Below are positions 19,852 through 28,966 of a stretch of 64,000 bases of DNA, piece by piece; positions within the stretch are counted from its first letter, which is position 1, and each line of letters opens with the position of its first letter. The translations under genes were made by a program, and so were the position numbers. The stretch covers positions 1-64,000 of IMG/VR virus record IMGVR_UViG_3300005289_000016. One strand, given 5' to 3'. Below the pieces are notes generated by a model. The model did not search any database, was not told the DNA's origin, and saw only the letters and a list, made by a program, of their open reading frames with translations.

Positions 19852-19995
19852 ATGGAAACCAAAGACTACCTGGGCTGCATGGCACTTGGCATCGCCCTGT
19901 TCGCTGCTATCGAGATCGTCTCGAGCATCACCAAACGCAATGAAGCGGTTGCCAACCGCAACAACGCAATCGCTGACCGTATCCGGAGAAAGTAA
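19852..19995 (+). CDS. Small single-TM membrane protein (47 aa)
   Basis: GGAGAG RBS; METKDYLGCMALGIALFAAIEIVSSI followed by a basic tail. Confidence 0.6.
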   Translation: METKDYLGCMALGIALFAAIEIVSSITKRNEAVANRNNAIADRIRRK

Positions 19996-19997
19996 TC

Positions 19998-20150
19998 ATG
20001 AAAGACATTTTCCTTGTAGCACTGGGCATCGCTGTAGGCTTCTGGGCACGCGGTTGCTCGAACAAGCGTAAACAGCTGGAAGAAGACAACGCCATCCTGA
20101 TGGCTAAACTGCGTGAAGAAGAAAATCGTAAGAAAGGAGATAACCAATGA
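19998..20150 (+). CDS. Small membrane-anchored protein (50 aa)
   Basis: GGAG RBS; MKDIFLVALGIAVGFWARGC plus a charged coiled tail; below the ORF-track size cutoff. Confidence 0.6.
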   Translation: MKDIFLVALGIAVGFWARGCSNKRKQLEEDNAILMAKLREEENRKKGDNQ

Positions 20151-20281
20151 CCGGCTTTAACCCATGGATCGACGTCGCAGTAGTTCTCGGTGCCATGGCG
20201 GCATTGGGCTTCATCTGCTTCATCGGTCACAAGTACGACAAGCACCAGCAGTCCAAACTGCGCGGTGCTACCCGCTGCTAA
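20147..20281 (+). CDS. Small single-TM membrane protein (44 aa)
   Basis: AAGGAG RBS and ATGA overlap; MTGFNPWIDVAVVLGAMAALGFICFIGHKYDK... Confidence 0.6.
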   Translation: MTGFNPWIDVAVVLGAMAALGFICFIGHKYDKHQQSKLRGATRC

Positions 20282-20347
20282 TTGAAACACCCGCGTAACC
20301 GTAAAACCCAAACCCTCATTTGCAACACCTGATACTGGAGATACACC

Positions 20348-20662
20348 ATGTCCTTCCTCGACACTCTGAAAGAAATCGCTGGCACCGTTGTTGAAGCTGT
20401 TAAAGAGAATCCAATCGCCGCAGTCGCCATCGGCGGTGGTGCTCTGGTGGTTGGCGGTGGCGGCATCTACGCCAAGCGTCGCTACGCTGCCCACAAGGCT
20501 GCCAAGGCAGCCGCTCCTGCCGTAGCTGCCCCAGTGGCAGCAGTTGAAGGGATCGCGCCTGTAGCGGCTGCTGAAGAGGCCCCTGCCGCTCCAGCTGAAG
20601 ACACCCTGCTGCGCCAGGAGTTCCAACACCCTGACCGTCCTTCGTTGACGGCCAAGGGTTAA
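20348..20662 (+). CDS. Single-TM protein with an Ala/Pro-rich tail
   Basis: GGAG RBS; PIAAVAIGGGALVVGGGGIY then KRR. Confidence 0.7.
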   Translation: MSFLDTLKEIAGTVVEAVKENPIAAVAIGGGALVVGGGGIYAKRRYAAHKAAKAAAPAVAAPVAAVEGIAPVAAAEEAPAAPAEDTLLRQEFQHPDRPSLTAKG

Positions 20663-20667
20663 GCATC

Positions 20668-20698
20668 AAAAGAAAAGGCCCTAGTGGCTTTTTCTTTG
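20668..20698. terminator. Hairpin terminator, possibly bidirectional
   Basis: AAAAGAAAAGGCCCTAGTGGCTTTTTCTTTG. Confidence 0.55.
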
Positions 20699-20711
20699 TT
20701 TGGTTTGATTC

Positions 20712-20749
20712 CATTCAAGGGATCTTCGATAATACATTATCAAGGTGTA
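20712..20749 (+). promoter_or_regulatory. Putative early promoter
   Basis: Core ATACATTATCAAGGTG; the upstream box is divergent. Confidence 0.55.
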
Positions 20750-20841
20750 CAATGAACCACTTGCGTAAATAAAAACGTAGGCGGCGCTTACTGTGCGACA
20801 ACACGTCGAATCAATTTCTCAACACCATCAGGAGTTACACC

Positions 20842-21321
20842 ATGAGCGATGCTCTCAACAAAGTTAGCCAGTCCATCAAAGATCTGGGCGCAGCGTACGA
20901 AGCAGCAATCTCCTTTGACGACGACGGCGCTGCTGTAGTCCCTGAGACCTTCGTCAAAGACAACCTGGCGGCGGCTTCGGGCAACGAAGAACTGACCATG
21001 GAAACCGTGAAACTGGTTCAACAAACCGAAGCAGTCTTCGCCGGCGGTCTGGCGCTGGGTCTGGGTAATGCCGGCCTGAAGCGCATGGAAGCCAACAAAG
21101 ACGTCGAGCGCGTCACTTCCTCCCTGGACTTCGGCAACAACACCATCCGCGCCTCCGTCGATCGCAAGATCATGGTTCGCGCTCCTGGCTCGTCCGAAGA
21201 AAAGCCGAAGTACGGCAACGTCTCTGTCAAACTGGATTCCGGTGCTGCTGCCAAGCGTGGCGACCTGAAGCGTATCGTGACCCACGTGTCCGACAGCTTC
21301 GCCGCCGCGTTCAACAAGTAA
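20842..21321 (+). CDS. Hypothetical early protein
   Basis: AGGAG RBS; 159 aa; very strong codon bias. Confidence 0.75.
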   Translation: MSDALNKVSQSIKDLGAAYEAAISFDDDGAAVVPETFVKDNLAAASGNEELTMETVKLVQQTEAVFAGGLALGLGNAGLKRMEANKDVERVTSSLDFGNNTIRASVDRKIMVRAPGSSEEKPKYGNVSVKLDSGAAAKRGDLKRIVTHVSDSFAAAFNK

Positions 21322-21411
21322 CACTGCGCCCCGGCCTACACCCAGTCGTCTAGCGGCGACTGGGTGTTTATGTTGATGATTTTTTCTCTGCACAAATACC
21401 AAGGAGTGACC

Positions 21412-21942
21412 ATGAGCAAGCTGCAACAATTGAAAGATGAACTGGATGCTATCGGCACTGGCCTGCGCAACGATGGTGTTTACTTCCGCTTGATCATGAC
21501 CGACGACATCGACAACATGGCGGACATCCGTGAGCGTGCCAAAGCCGGACTGAACTGGCTTGGTAAAGTCGACAAGGAGAACGGGTTCTTTTATGGCCAG
21601 TGCATCCGTCAGAGTCTGCAAGACCGCATCGACAATCTGGTGCGAGACTTCAAGCCACAACTGCTCGAAGTGATCAACGGCGGTGAACCCAACTGGGCTG
21701 AGTTCGGCATCGACGTTATTGACGACAAGGCACAGAAAGCCTACCTGATTCTGTTTAACCAATGCTGCGCCGGTTTCTACCTGAGCGTACGCATTCATAC
21801 GCCGCGCCACGAGCGCCGCCAGCGCACGTCTCTGCAAGACGTGACCCATCGGGTGCTGATGGCTCCAAAGCCCGCTCCAAGCCATGAGAAGGCCTCTGGA
21901 CGCCGCAAGAAGTTCACCACCATCCGCCATCACGTCAACTGA
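21412..21942 (+). CDS. Hypothetical protein
   Basis: AAGGAG RBS before MSKLQQ; the ORF track extends further upstream. Confidence 0.7.
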   Translation: MSKLQQLKDELDAIGTGLRNDGVYFRLIMTDDIDNMADIRERAKAGLNWLGKVDKENGFFYGQCIRQSLQDRIDNLVRDFKPQLLEVINGGEPNWAEFGIDVIDDKAQKAYLILFNQCCAGFYLSVRIHTPRHERRQRTSLQDVTHRVLMAPKPAPSHEKASGRRKKFTTIRHHVN

Positions 21943-21949
21943 GGTGTCT

Positions 21950-22447
21950 ATGGATTACCTGGCCCCAATGGCCGGTGCGTTGGTCGGGATTCTCCGCACC
22001 ATGTCCGACCGCATCGAGATCGCGATCAACAAAAAGGAAACCTGGACCTACCAGTTCGGGAACTTCCCTGCGTACCAAGGTAACAACACTATCCGTGACA
22101 CAGTGGACTTCGACAACGACTTTATCAAGTTGTCGTTTCATCCATCGGCTACGGAAGGGTTCAACCTCACCATCATCGTGGGTTTCGATGCAGCGGAAGG
22201 TGAAGAGGTCGGTGGCCTGATCCTGAACATCAACACGGTCTCAGGCGATTGCCTGTTGACTCACCCGTGCGAATGCCCTCATCCGCCCTTCAGTGACCTC
22301 ATGGACGTCGGCAGCGTGATCAATGCCATCGCGGTGTTTGACCTGTGCATGAAGCTGGAGCAGGAACATGCTGCTGAGTTGACCAAGGCTCAAGAAGCCC
22401 TCGATGAGCGCAACCGGCGGAAGTCGCAGTTCCGTGTGGTGCAGTGA
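21950..22447 (+). CDS. Hypothetical protein
   Basis: GAGGT RBS before MDYLAP. Confidence 0.65.
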   Translation: MDYLAPMAGALVGILRTMSDRIEIAINKKETWTYQFGNFPAYQGNNTIRDTVDFDNDFIKLSFHPSATEGFNLTIIVGFDAAEGEEVGGLILNINTVSGDCLLTHPCECPHPPFSDLMDVGSVINAIAVFDLCMKLEQEHAAELTKAQEALDERNRRKSQFRVVQ

Positions 22448-22815
22448 TGGATGTCATTGATGCCTACATTGACCCTAACCCTAGTTTAGAGTCAGGGTTC
22501 AACCACGTTCTGCTAGAAGCCGCTATAAGGGCCATAGAGGACGATAGCGACGTACCGGTATACTCGGTTGACCAGAACGTCGATATACGCGCCATGGCAC
22601 ACGTGAAGAGCATTGAGGCCCTGCGTGACCTGATCCGCGATCCTGGATTCGAACTTGACCTCAATAAGTTCCCAGGAAAGCCGATCGAATACACCACACC
22701 GTATCAGCGTGACGTCAAACGTGGTTGGCAAACCAATCACTTCAAGATCTCTTCCAGTAAGGGATGGCTGATCCTTGATTACAGTGTTGAGCCCCAGATG
22801 GACCTGCGTAAATAG
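22444..22815 (+). CDS. Hypothetical protein
   Basis: GTGA overlap with the upstream gene; followed by a hairpin. Confidence 0.55.
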   Translation: MMDVIDAYIDPNPSLESGFNHVLLEAAIRAIEDDSDVPVYSVDQNVDIRAMAHVKSIEALRDLIRDPGFELDLNKFPGKPIEYTTPYQRDVKRGWQTNHFKISSSKGWLILDYSVEPQMDLRK

Positions 22816-22843
22816 ATGGAGGGCCTAGCCCTCCCTTTATGCC
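22812..22843 (+). terminator. Hairpin terminator
   Basis: GGAGGGCCTAGCCCTCC followed by CTTTATGCC. Confidence 0.55.
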
Positions 22844-22848
22844 CAGTC

Positions 22849-22886
22849 GATTGAAACTTTCTGTAGCGATACATGATACTGCTGAG
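22849..22886 (+). promoter_or_regulatory. Putative early promoter
   Basis: GATTGAAACTTTCTGTAGCGATACATGATACTGCTGAG. Confidence 0.6.
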
Positions 22887-22913
22887 TAACCCATCCCACC
22901 AAGGAGTGACACA

Positions 22914-24473
22914 ATGCAACCTAAAGCTGAAGTGAAGATTACCCACGGTAAGGAAAGCATGACCAAGTCTGGCAAGATCTTCTCGATCTTCCAGTTGCTG
23001 CAAACCGTTGAAGGCTGGATCAACGTCGAAGGCACGCTGGTCCAGTTCCAACCTCTCGAACTGTTCCGTGTGCGTCGTGGGCAACGTGGTGCCATGAGCG
23101 TCGAACTGGAGCTGGGCGAAGATCGTTTCGTACCGCTGGGCATCGGCGAGGACAAGCAGTCCCTCGTGGTAGTCGAACCCATCACCGGCAGTACGCTGCT
23201 GATGAACTGGTCGCGCACCAGCCTCGAAGAACAAGCCAAGGGTCTGGGCAGTGCAGCAGATGGCGAAGATCGTCTGCTCAATACCCTGCTCGGCGATGGT
23301 CCGGTAGAATCGAAGTGGGGTAATGGCAAACTCAATGCCGTGCTGCATTTCCAGAACCCTACCGATCTTCAAACCCTGAGCGAGTTCCGCAAGGAAGAAA
23401 ACTTCGCCACTCGAGTCTTCGCCTGCATCGCGCACAACGTCGAATCCCTGCGTGAGCCTAACTCGTTCGCACTGGAGTTTGATGTGCTGTTGGATCAGAC
23501 CAACGCATACCCTCACGTTATCGTGATCGGTGATCCGTGCACGGTCTTCCGCCTCGACCTGGATGTCAACGACATGTTTGCTGTGTCGCGCTTCCCGGCC
23601 GGTAGCGAAGAAATGCCAGACGGCTCGAAGATCCGCGTTCGCATGTCCGAAGTCACTCGCCTGACCCACGACAAGCAAGTGGAACCAACCCGCATCGAAA
23701 CCAAGATAGCCTCGGCTGATTACATCCCTCACTCCAAACAGGAAGGGGCTGAAATCGAAGAGCTGCTCGGCGAAAGCGGACTGTCGAACATCATCGGCAA
23801 TATCCTGGCCAACGATGTATCCCCACTGGCCCGTAAATGGCTCAATGGCTACATCGTACGCGTGATCACTGCGCCTGCCCACTACGCCGACAAGGTACTG
23901 GTGGAACGGCTCAATGCCCGTGAAGAAGCTGAAGGACGTGGTGACATCTACCATGTTGGCAGCCGTGGCGAGATCTCGCTGGATCGTCACCGTGTGCGCT
24001 TCGAAGAGTTCCAGGGGCCGATGTTCAGCCTCGAGAACATTACCTTCTCCGAAGCCGCTGGTGAAGGCCGTGTGTTCGGTGGTCGTCAAGGCTATGACAC
24101 TCGTGGCATTGTTCGCCGCCACGTGGGCGCTGGGCTGTCTCGTGAGGAAGAGCGTTCGGATACTCCGAAACGTGCTGACCTTGAAGTTGGGCTGCATCGT
24201 GAAGAGCGTCCATCGAAGATCCCCACTCGCGAGTGGATTCCTCAAATGAACCAGTGCGTCTTCATCGAAGATGATCCGAAGCAGGAGATGTACTACATCG
24301 CCGACTACGATCAAGCTGAGCACAAGTTCCTGCTGATCCCGGCTGATAGCCTGCGTCGTGAACGCATGGCCCGTCAGATGCCGTCGGGTTCGAAGGATCA
24401 TTCCCTCCACAACCTCAATGGCCAGATCCCCGTAGAGCCGGGTCGTCTGCGTCCATTCGTGTTGTTCCACTAA
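22914..24473 (+). CDS. Hypothetical early protein (519 aa)
   Basis: AAGGAG RBS; flanked by its own promoter motif and terminator. Confidence 0.75.
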   Translation: MQPKAEVKITHGKESMTKSGKIFSIFQLLQTVEGWINVEGTLVQFQPLELFRVRRGQRGAMSVELELGEDRFVPLGIGEDKQSLVVVEPITGSTLLMNWSRTSLEEQAKGLGSAADGEDRLLNTLLGDGPVESKWGNGKLNAVLHFQNPTDLQTLSEFRKEENFATRVFACIAHNVESLREPNSFALEFDVLLDQTNAYPHVIVIGDPCTVFRLDLDVNDMFAVSRFPAGSEEMPDGSKIRVRMSEVTRLTHDKQVEPTRIETKIASADYIPHSKQEGAEIEELLGESGLSNIIGNILANDVSPLARKWLNGYIVRVITAPAHYADKVLVERLNAREEAEGRGDIYHVGSRGEISLDRHRVRFEEFQGPMFSLENITFSEAAGEGRVFGGRQGYDTRGIVRRHVGAGLSREEERSDTPKRADLEVGLHREERPSKIPTREWIPQMNQCVFIEDDPKQEMYYIADYDQAEHKFLLIPADSLRRERMARQMPSGSKDHSLHNLNGQIPVEPGRLRPFVLFH

Positions 24474-24483
24474 GCCGACACGG

Positions 24484-24534
24484 CATACAGGGCGGGCCAT
24501 TTGGCCCGCCCTGTATGTTCTTTCTTTTTTCTTT
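24484..24534. terminator. Hairpin terminator between convergent genes
   Basis: CATACAGGGCGGGCCATTTGGCCCGCCCTGTATG followed by a T-rich tail. Confidence 0.75.
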
Positions 24535-24544
24535 GCACCAAGCC

Positions 24545-25411
24545 TTACAGCTTGATGTAAGTGCGGTTGAAGTCCGCTACCTGCTCGGTGAAACCAACGT
24601 TGTGTTTGGCAACATCGGCTTCCACGCCCGTCGCGAACGACGGCTTCAGGTTTGGAGAGGTACCGGTCTTCGGCATCGCGTCCAGCAGTTGCTGAGCGAA
24701 ACGGTCGACTGCGACACCTACCTGCTGCATGCCGGTCCAAGGGATCGACAGCACCAGCTCTTCACCATCAGCCGTCTTGTCACGGCGGCCAGTGAAATCA
24801 CCGGCAGTGGTTGGGTACATGTTGGTCATCAGCCATGCCGAGTTGACCTTGGTGAAGGACGGGTCCGGCTCGAAAGCAATGATGCTCATCGAGTAGATGT
24901 CCGGCAGCAAGTCGGTAGGCTTGTTGACACGGGTGGAGATCCCAGGCACCTTCGAGTCAGGGTCCATGATCAGCTCGGTGATCCAGCTCTCGAAGAAGCG
25001 CTGAACTGGACGGCCGTACTTCTCACGGATGGTCATCGATGGGTCGGAACGCTGACGCGTCACGTTGCTTGGGGTCTGTTGCATTTCGCCAGCACCCGAC
25101 ACCGGAGCTTCGACGCTGTTCACAGTCAGGGTACGGTTGAAGCCGTCCCAGGTCTGTGCGTGCATCTCAACAATGCCTTTGAGGGCCTTGTAGTAGCTGT
25201 CCGGGTTGTCCAGGTATTGGAAACCACGTGGCGCTTGCAGAACCTTGATGATCAGGTTGCGGCGCACGTAGTCGGTGTTGGCGTGGAAGTAACGGAGGTC
25301 AGACTGGTAGGCGTTCTGCCCACCAATCGCCAGGTTGACCATCGGCGAGTTGTTGAACTCGCCGTAGCCCAAGCCGTTACCGAGCAGGGTGTCGCGATGA
25401 CGGACGGTCAT
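24545..25411 (-). CDS. Tail tube protein (phiKZ gp30-like)
   Basis: 288 aa directly downstream of the sheath with a 1 nt overlap; EKYGRPVQRFFESWI and AWLMTNMYP. Confidence 0.8.
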   Translation of the reverse strand: MTVRHRDTLLGNGLGYGEFNNSPMVNLAIGGQNAYQSDLRYFHANTDYVRRNLIIKVLQAPRGFQYLDNPDSYYKALKGIVEMHAQTWDGFNRTLTVNSVEAPVSGAGEMQQTPSNVTRQRSDPSMTIREKYGRPVQRFFESWITELIMDPDSKVPGISTRVNKPTDLLPDIYSMSIIAFEPDPSFTKVNSAWLMTNMYPTTAGDFTGRRDKTADGEELVLSIPWTGMQQVGVAVDRFAQQLLDAMPKTGTSPNLKPSFATGVEADVAKHNVGFTEQVADFNRTYIKL

Positions 25412-27468
25412 TACTCAGTCTCCGTACCAGGACGACGGCCAGCAACAACGGTCAGAACCTCAACCGTCTTCATGCCGTCGAAAAGACCTTCGATGTCCGT
25501 GTGCCAGCTGTAGCCGCGCTGGGTGTCAGCCGCGGTGTAGTAGGAACTCGGGGTGATGTCCGCACGACCGTCGTAGCGATCCTTGATCTCTTCTTCGATG
25601 AAGCGGTCCACGTTCGTGGCGTATTCAGCAGCAGTCATGCGGCTGTCACCAGTGAACATGCGCCAGGCCAACTCACCGATACGGTTGAGGTGGCAGCAGA
25701 TCGCCATCGGGAAGAACGAGTTGAGGACCGACGTGTTGTCGTGGTAGACGGTCTGGATACCAGGGAAGAACACTTGACCGCGGTGGTCGAAGGGCTCTGC
25801 CGAGCTGATACCAGCTTGCCAGTCGGTGTTGCGTGGCTTGACCGGACGGAACTTGGCGTTGTGGTCGACGAAGCGAGTCACAATGCGGCCAGCCTGGCCA
25901 TCAGGCGCGTAGCCTGCTTTCATGCGAGCGCCACCCATGTAGGTAGCGACCTTCACCGCGAAGTCCACAGTGAACGGCAGGATGCCGTCGTACTCGGAAT
26001 CGAGGTAGGTACCAGCGTGCTTCATTACGATAGCACGGCAGGCGCCGGTGTTGTAGAACTCGGATTCAGGAACCAAGCTCAGCGCGTTACGCAGGGTAGC
26101 GCCGATGCTCGAATCTTCTTCCGGAGTGTTCAACGGCTCCAGGACGTCCTGAGTGGAAGCCAGTACCCATGCGTCGGGACGCACGGCCATGACGTTCGAC
26201 ATCAGACGCTTGGTCGGCAGGGTGTAACCGGTGTCGATGAAGCTCGACATCGGGAAGCTGGCACGGTCAGCGTAAGGCACATCGCCTTCACCGAACACGT
26301 TCAGCTCGCCGTTCACCGCTTCGTCGTAAGACTCAGGGGTCACGGTACCGTCTTCACCGCCTTGCAGCCAGTGAGTAGCGGTCTCGCCGAACAGCACACC
26401 ACCGGCCGATGGACCTTCGATCTTCACAGCGTAATAAGGCACGCCGTTGACGTTGGTACCGCCGAACAGGTTGATCGAGTGCTCTGGAGTGACTTCGCTT
26501 TCGATCAGACCGAAGTCTTTCTCGACGGCGTAGATCGCGTCCAGGACGGTTTTCAGGTGAGCGTTGTAGACGTAGAACGTCTTCAGCGGACCATAACCGG
26601 AGAACACTTCAGGGTCGTTGTTCTCGAACGCCTTCAGCACGCGCTTGTCGTAGCTGTAGTTCAGGTTGGACTTCGGATCGACCACACCTTGCTTGAGGGA
26701 GAACTCGACGAACGGGTTGCCGTCCAGGTTCATGCGGACTTGGCCGGTGCTGTTCACACTGGCACGTTCCAGGATCGACAGGCGGTACACGTACGCACCT
26801 TGGCTTTCGATCAGCTCGGCGTTAGCCGGAGTCGACGAAGCGGTAGTCGGAGCAACCAGACGCAGACCGAAGTTGGAACCCTTGGCACCGTCGAAACGGG
26901 CTTCCACGTCCATCAGCGGATACATGGTCGATGGCTTGCCATCCCAGTTGGTCATGGTGCCAGTGGTAGGCGATGCTTTACGCACGCCGTCTTCACCGTC
27001 GATCTTCTCGACAACGAAGCGCAGGCGAACACCTTCAACCGGCTCACCAGTAATGACCAGCGCGCCATTGGTACGTTTGAAGGTACCGTCTGGATTACGC
27101 TCGTATTGATCGATCTTGTCATCGACCATGTCAACCCAGATACGCAGGTTGGCAGTTGCAGCGCCGATCGCTTTCAGACGACGAACCAGAGCCATTGCAC
27201 CGGTCTGCATGACCTTCTGCAACATGGCGCCTTGGTGGCTCAGGAATGCCGAACCAGCGTAGAAGTTGTCGGCACCGTAGATGGTGCTGAAGCCAGCTCC
27301 GCTCACCAGCATAGCGGTGTCAGAGGGACCCCAAGATGTGAACAGCGGGGTCCACGGCAGAAAGATCGGCAGATCGACGATCTCCAGCGGTTGACCCTGA
27401 CCGCTCACATCTTTAAAACCAAGAACTTCCGTTCTCGGCAAAGACGAAGCCATCGAAACAGACGACAT
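25411..27468 (-). CDS. Contractile tail sheath protein (phiKZ gp29-like)
   Basis: About 685 aa; WLQGGEDG, FIDTGY, FFPGIQTVY..TSVLN and YYTAAD..RGYSW; start chosen after GGAGA. Confidence 0.85.
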   Translation of the reverse strand: MSSVSMASSLPRTEVLGFKDVSGQGQPLEIVDLPIFLPWTPLFTSWGPSDTAMLVSGAGFSTIYGADNFYAGSAFLSHQGAMLQKVMQTGAMALVRRLKAIGAATANLRIWVDMVDDKIDQYERNPDGTFKRTNGALVITGEPVEGVRLRFVVEKIDGEDGVRKASPTTGTMTNWDGKPSTMYPLMDVEARFDGAKGSNFGLRLVAPTTASSTPANAELIESQGAYVYRLSILERASVNSTGQVRMNLDGNPFVEFSLKQGVVDPKSNLNYSYDKRVLKAFENNDPEVFSGYGPLKTFYVYNAHLKTVLDAIYAVEKDFGLIESEVTPEHSINLFGGTNVNGVPYYAVKIEGPSAGGVLFGETATHWLQGGEDGTVTPESYDEAVNGELNVFGEGDVPYADRASFPMSSFIDTGYTLPTKRLMSNVMAVRPDAWVLASTQDVLEPLNTPEEDSSIGATLRNALSLVPESEFYNTGACRAIVMKHAGTYLDSEYDGILPFTVDFAVKVATYMGGARMKAGYAPDGQAGRIVTRFVDHNAKFRPVKPRNTDWQAGISSAEPFDHRGQVFFPGIQTVYHDNTSVLNSFFPMAICCHLNRIGELAWRMFTGDSRMTAAEYATNVDRFIEEEIKDRYDGRADITPSSYYTAADTQRGYSWHTDIEGLFDGMKTVEVLTVVAGRRPGTETE

Positions 27469-27634
27469 GTTCATGTCTCCCATGGGAAAGAATTTCAACT
27501 TCGCGCGTGAAGTTACGAATGGTATGGCCCTTGCCTACATTTAAAAACCGTAGGATTCGGTACTCGATGTATTCGATACCATCACCACATACTATTTTGT
27601 TATTTTTTACTGGTTGCGACAGAAGAGGTCGAAG

Positions 27635-28945
27635 ATGATCACCAGCCCCTGGAACTCCACCGTGCTTCGCCAACACAGAACTGGCGAAATTATCAGCGAA
27701 CTCGCCGTGGCAAAAGCCATGGGTGGGTTGGTCGCTGACGGTCCCGCTGTTGTTCTGGTTACCCCGGCAGCTGAGAAGATTGACACCTTCATTCTGCCGA
27801 TCACATCCGAAGAATACGGCAGCCGTAAGCTCAACGAAAACGGTGTCGTGTTTATGGACGGTCGTTCGTTCATGCGCAAGGAACAGCGCTCGGCTACAGG
27901 CTTTATTGTCGCCAACCAAACCCAAGCAGACTTTGTGGTCCGTCTGGGAGAGCTGACCGCGTTGTGGGTTAAAGACCTTTCTGTACGTGATGACTTCCTG
28001 CGGGTGGGCGATTTGGCTCCCCAGACTTTCATCGCATGGATCGCTGGACTCATCACAGGGCAGCTCGGCGTAGACGAAGTAGCCTCGCGCGAGATTCAGA
28101 TCATTACGGGACTTTTTTACATCCATCAGTTTTATGGCGCAGATGTAGCGCTGTCGACTCATGGTAAAGAGACCGCGATGAAACTGATCCAGCGTTGGAC
28201 TCGCGCTCCGATTCAATTGATTCAAGGGATCGTGGCAGTGGCTGAATACATGCCGTTGCTGGAAAACTACGTGGCTGAAGTGCGCAAGCAATTCGCTTCC
28301 AACACCCGCATCATCCGTATCAACGTGGGTTTCATTACCATGTCCTTGGGTCGTTCGTGGTTTGGCTGGGGTGCGCAAGAACTTTGCGGCGTAGCGCTCG
28401 AATACCCGCCTGCTTTCTTGGCTCTGGTAGAAGCTGCGTCGAACACCAAGGTATGGCGTAAGAACCACCTCGGTGGTCTCGTCCAGCGCTTGGCTGTTAA
28501 TGAAGCAGGCATGCAGGCGTTCGGCAAGTCCATGGAGATCCTGGCTGGTAAAGTCCGTCAGATGTCCGTGTCCATGGAATCGTTCGAAGCAGGTGCTCCG
28601 GCAATCCAAGCCGACATCGACAAAGCCCAGAAAGACTTGGGCGTGAAGTTCGCTCCAGACTACATCGTCTTCCTCAAGAAGTTCGGTGTGCTGAGCGTTG
28701 GCAGTCACGAGATCTACGGTCTCGGTCCTAAAGCTGGCCACCTCAATGTGGTTGCCGGTACTCAGGAAATCGCCAAGTACTTCAAGACCAAAGGCCTGTA
28801 CGTGATCGAAAGCGTGGGCGTGGATTCGGTGTTCATTGCAGCCGACTCCAAGGGCAACCTGTACGAGGTAAGCCCGGCTGGCGAAACGCCAATGAAGACC
28901 ACCTTCAGCAAGTACCTGGATGAAGTCATCGCAGGTAATGACTGA
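27635..28945 (+). CDS. phiKZ gp28-like virion protein with a C-terminal SUKH (SMI1/KNR4)-like domain
   Basis: Divergent from the sheath and upstream of the gp27/26/25-like genes. The last ~120 aa begin after VSME and contain IDKAQKDLGVKFAPDYIVFLKKFG. Confidence 0.7.
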   Translation: MITSPWNSTVLRQHRTGEIISELAVAKAMGGLVADGPAVVLVTPAAEKIDTFILPITSEEYGSRKLNENGVVFMDGRSFMRKEQRSATGFIVANQTQADFVVRLGELTALWVKDLSVRDDFLRVGDLAPQTFIAWIAGLITGQLGVDEVASREIQIITGLFYIHQFYGADVALSTHGKETAMKLIQRWTRAPIQLIQGIVAVAEYMPLLENYVAEVRKQFASNTRIIRINVGFITMSLGRSWFGWGAQELCGVALEYPPAFLALVEAASNTKVWRKNHLGGLVQRLAVNEAGMQAFGKSMEILAGKVRQMSVSMESFEAGAPAIQADIDKAQKDLGVKFAPDYIVFLKKFGVLSVGSHEIYGLGPKAGHLNVVAGTQEIAKYFKTKGLYVIESVGVDSVFIAADSKGNLYEVSPAGETPMKTTFSKYLDEVIAGND

Positions 28946-28966
28946 TTACTCAAAAGGGCGAGTGTC

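Noticed and set aside
25501-27510. 669 aa + strand ORF
   Set aside because: Shadow of the tail sheath gene.
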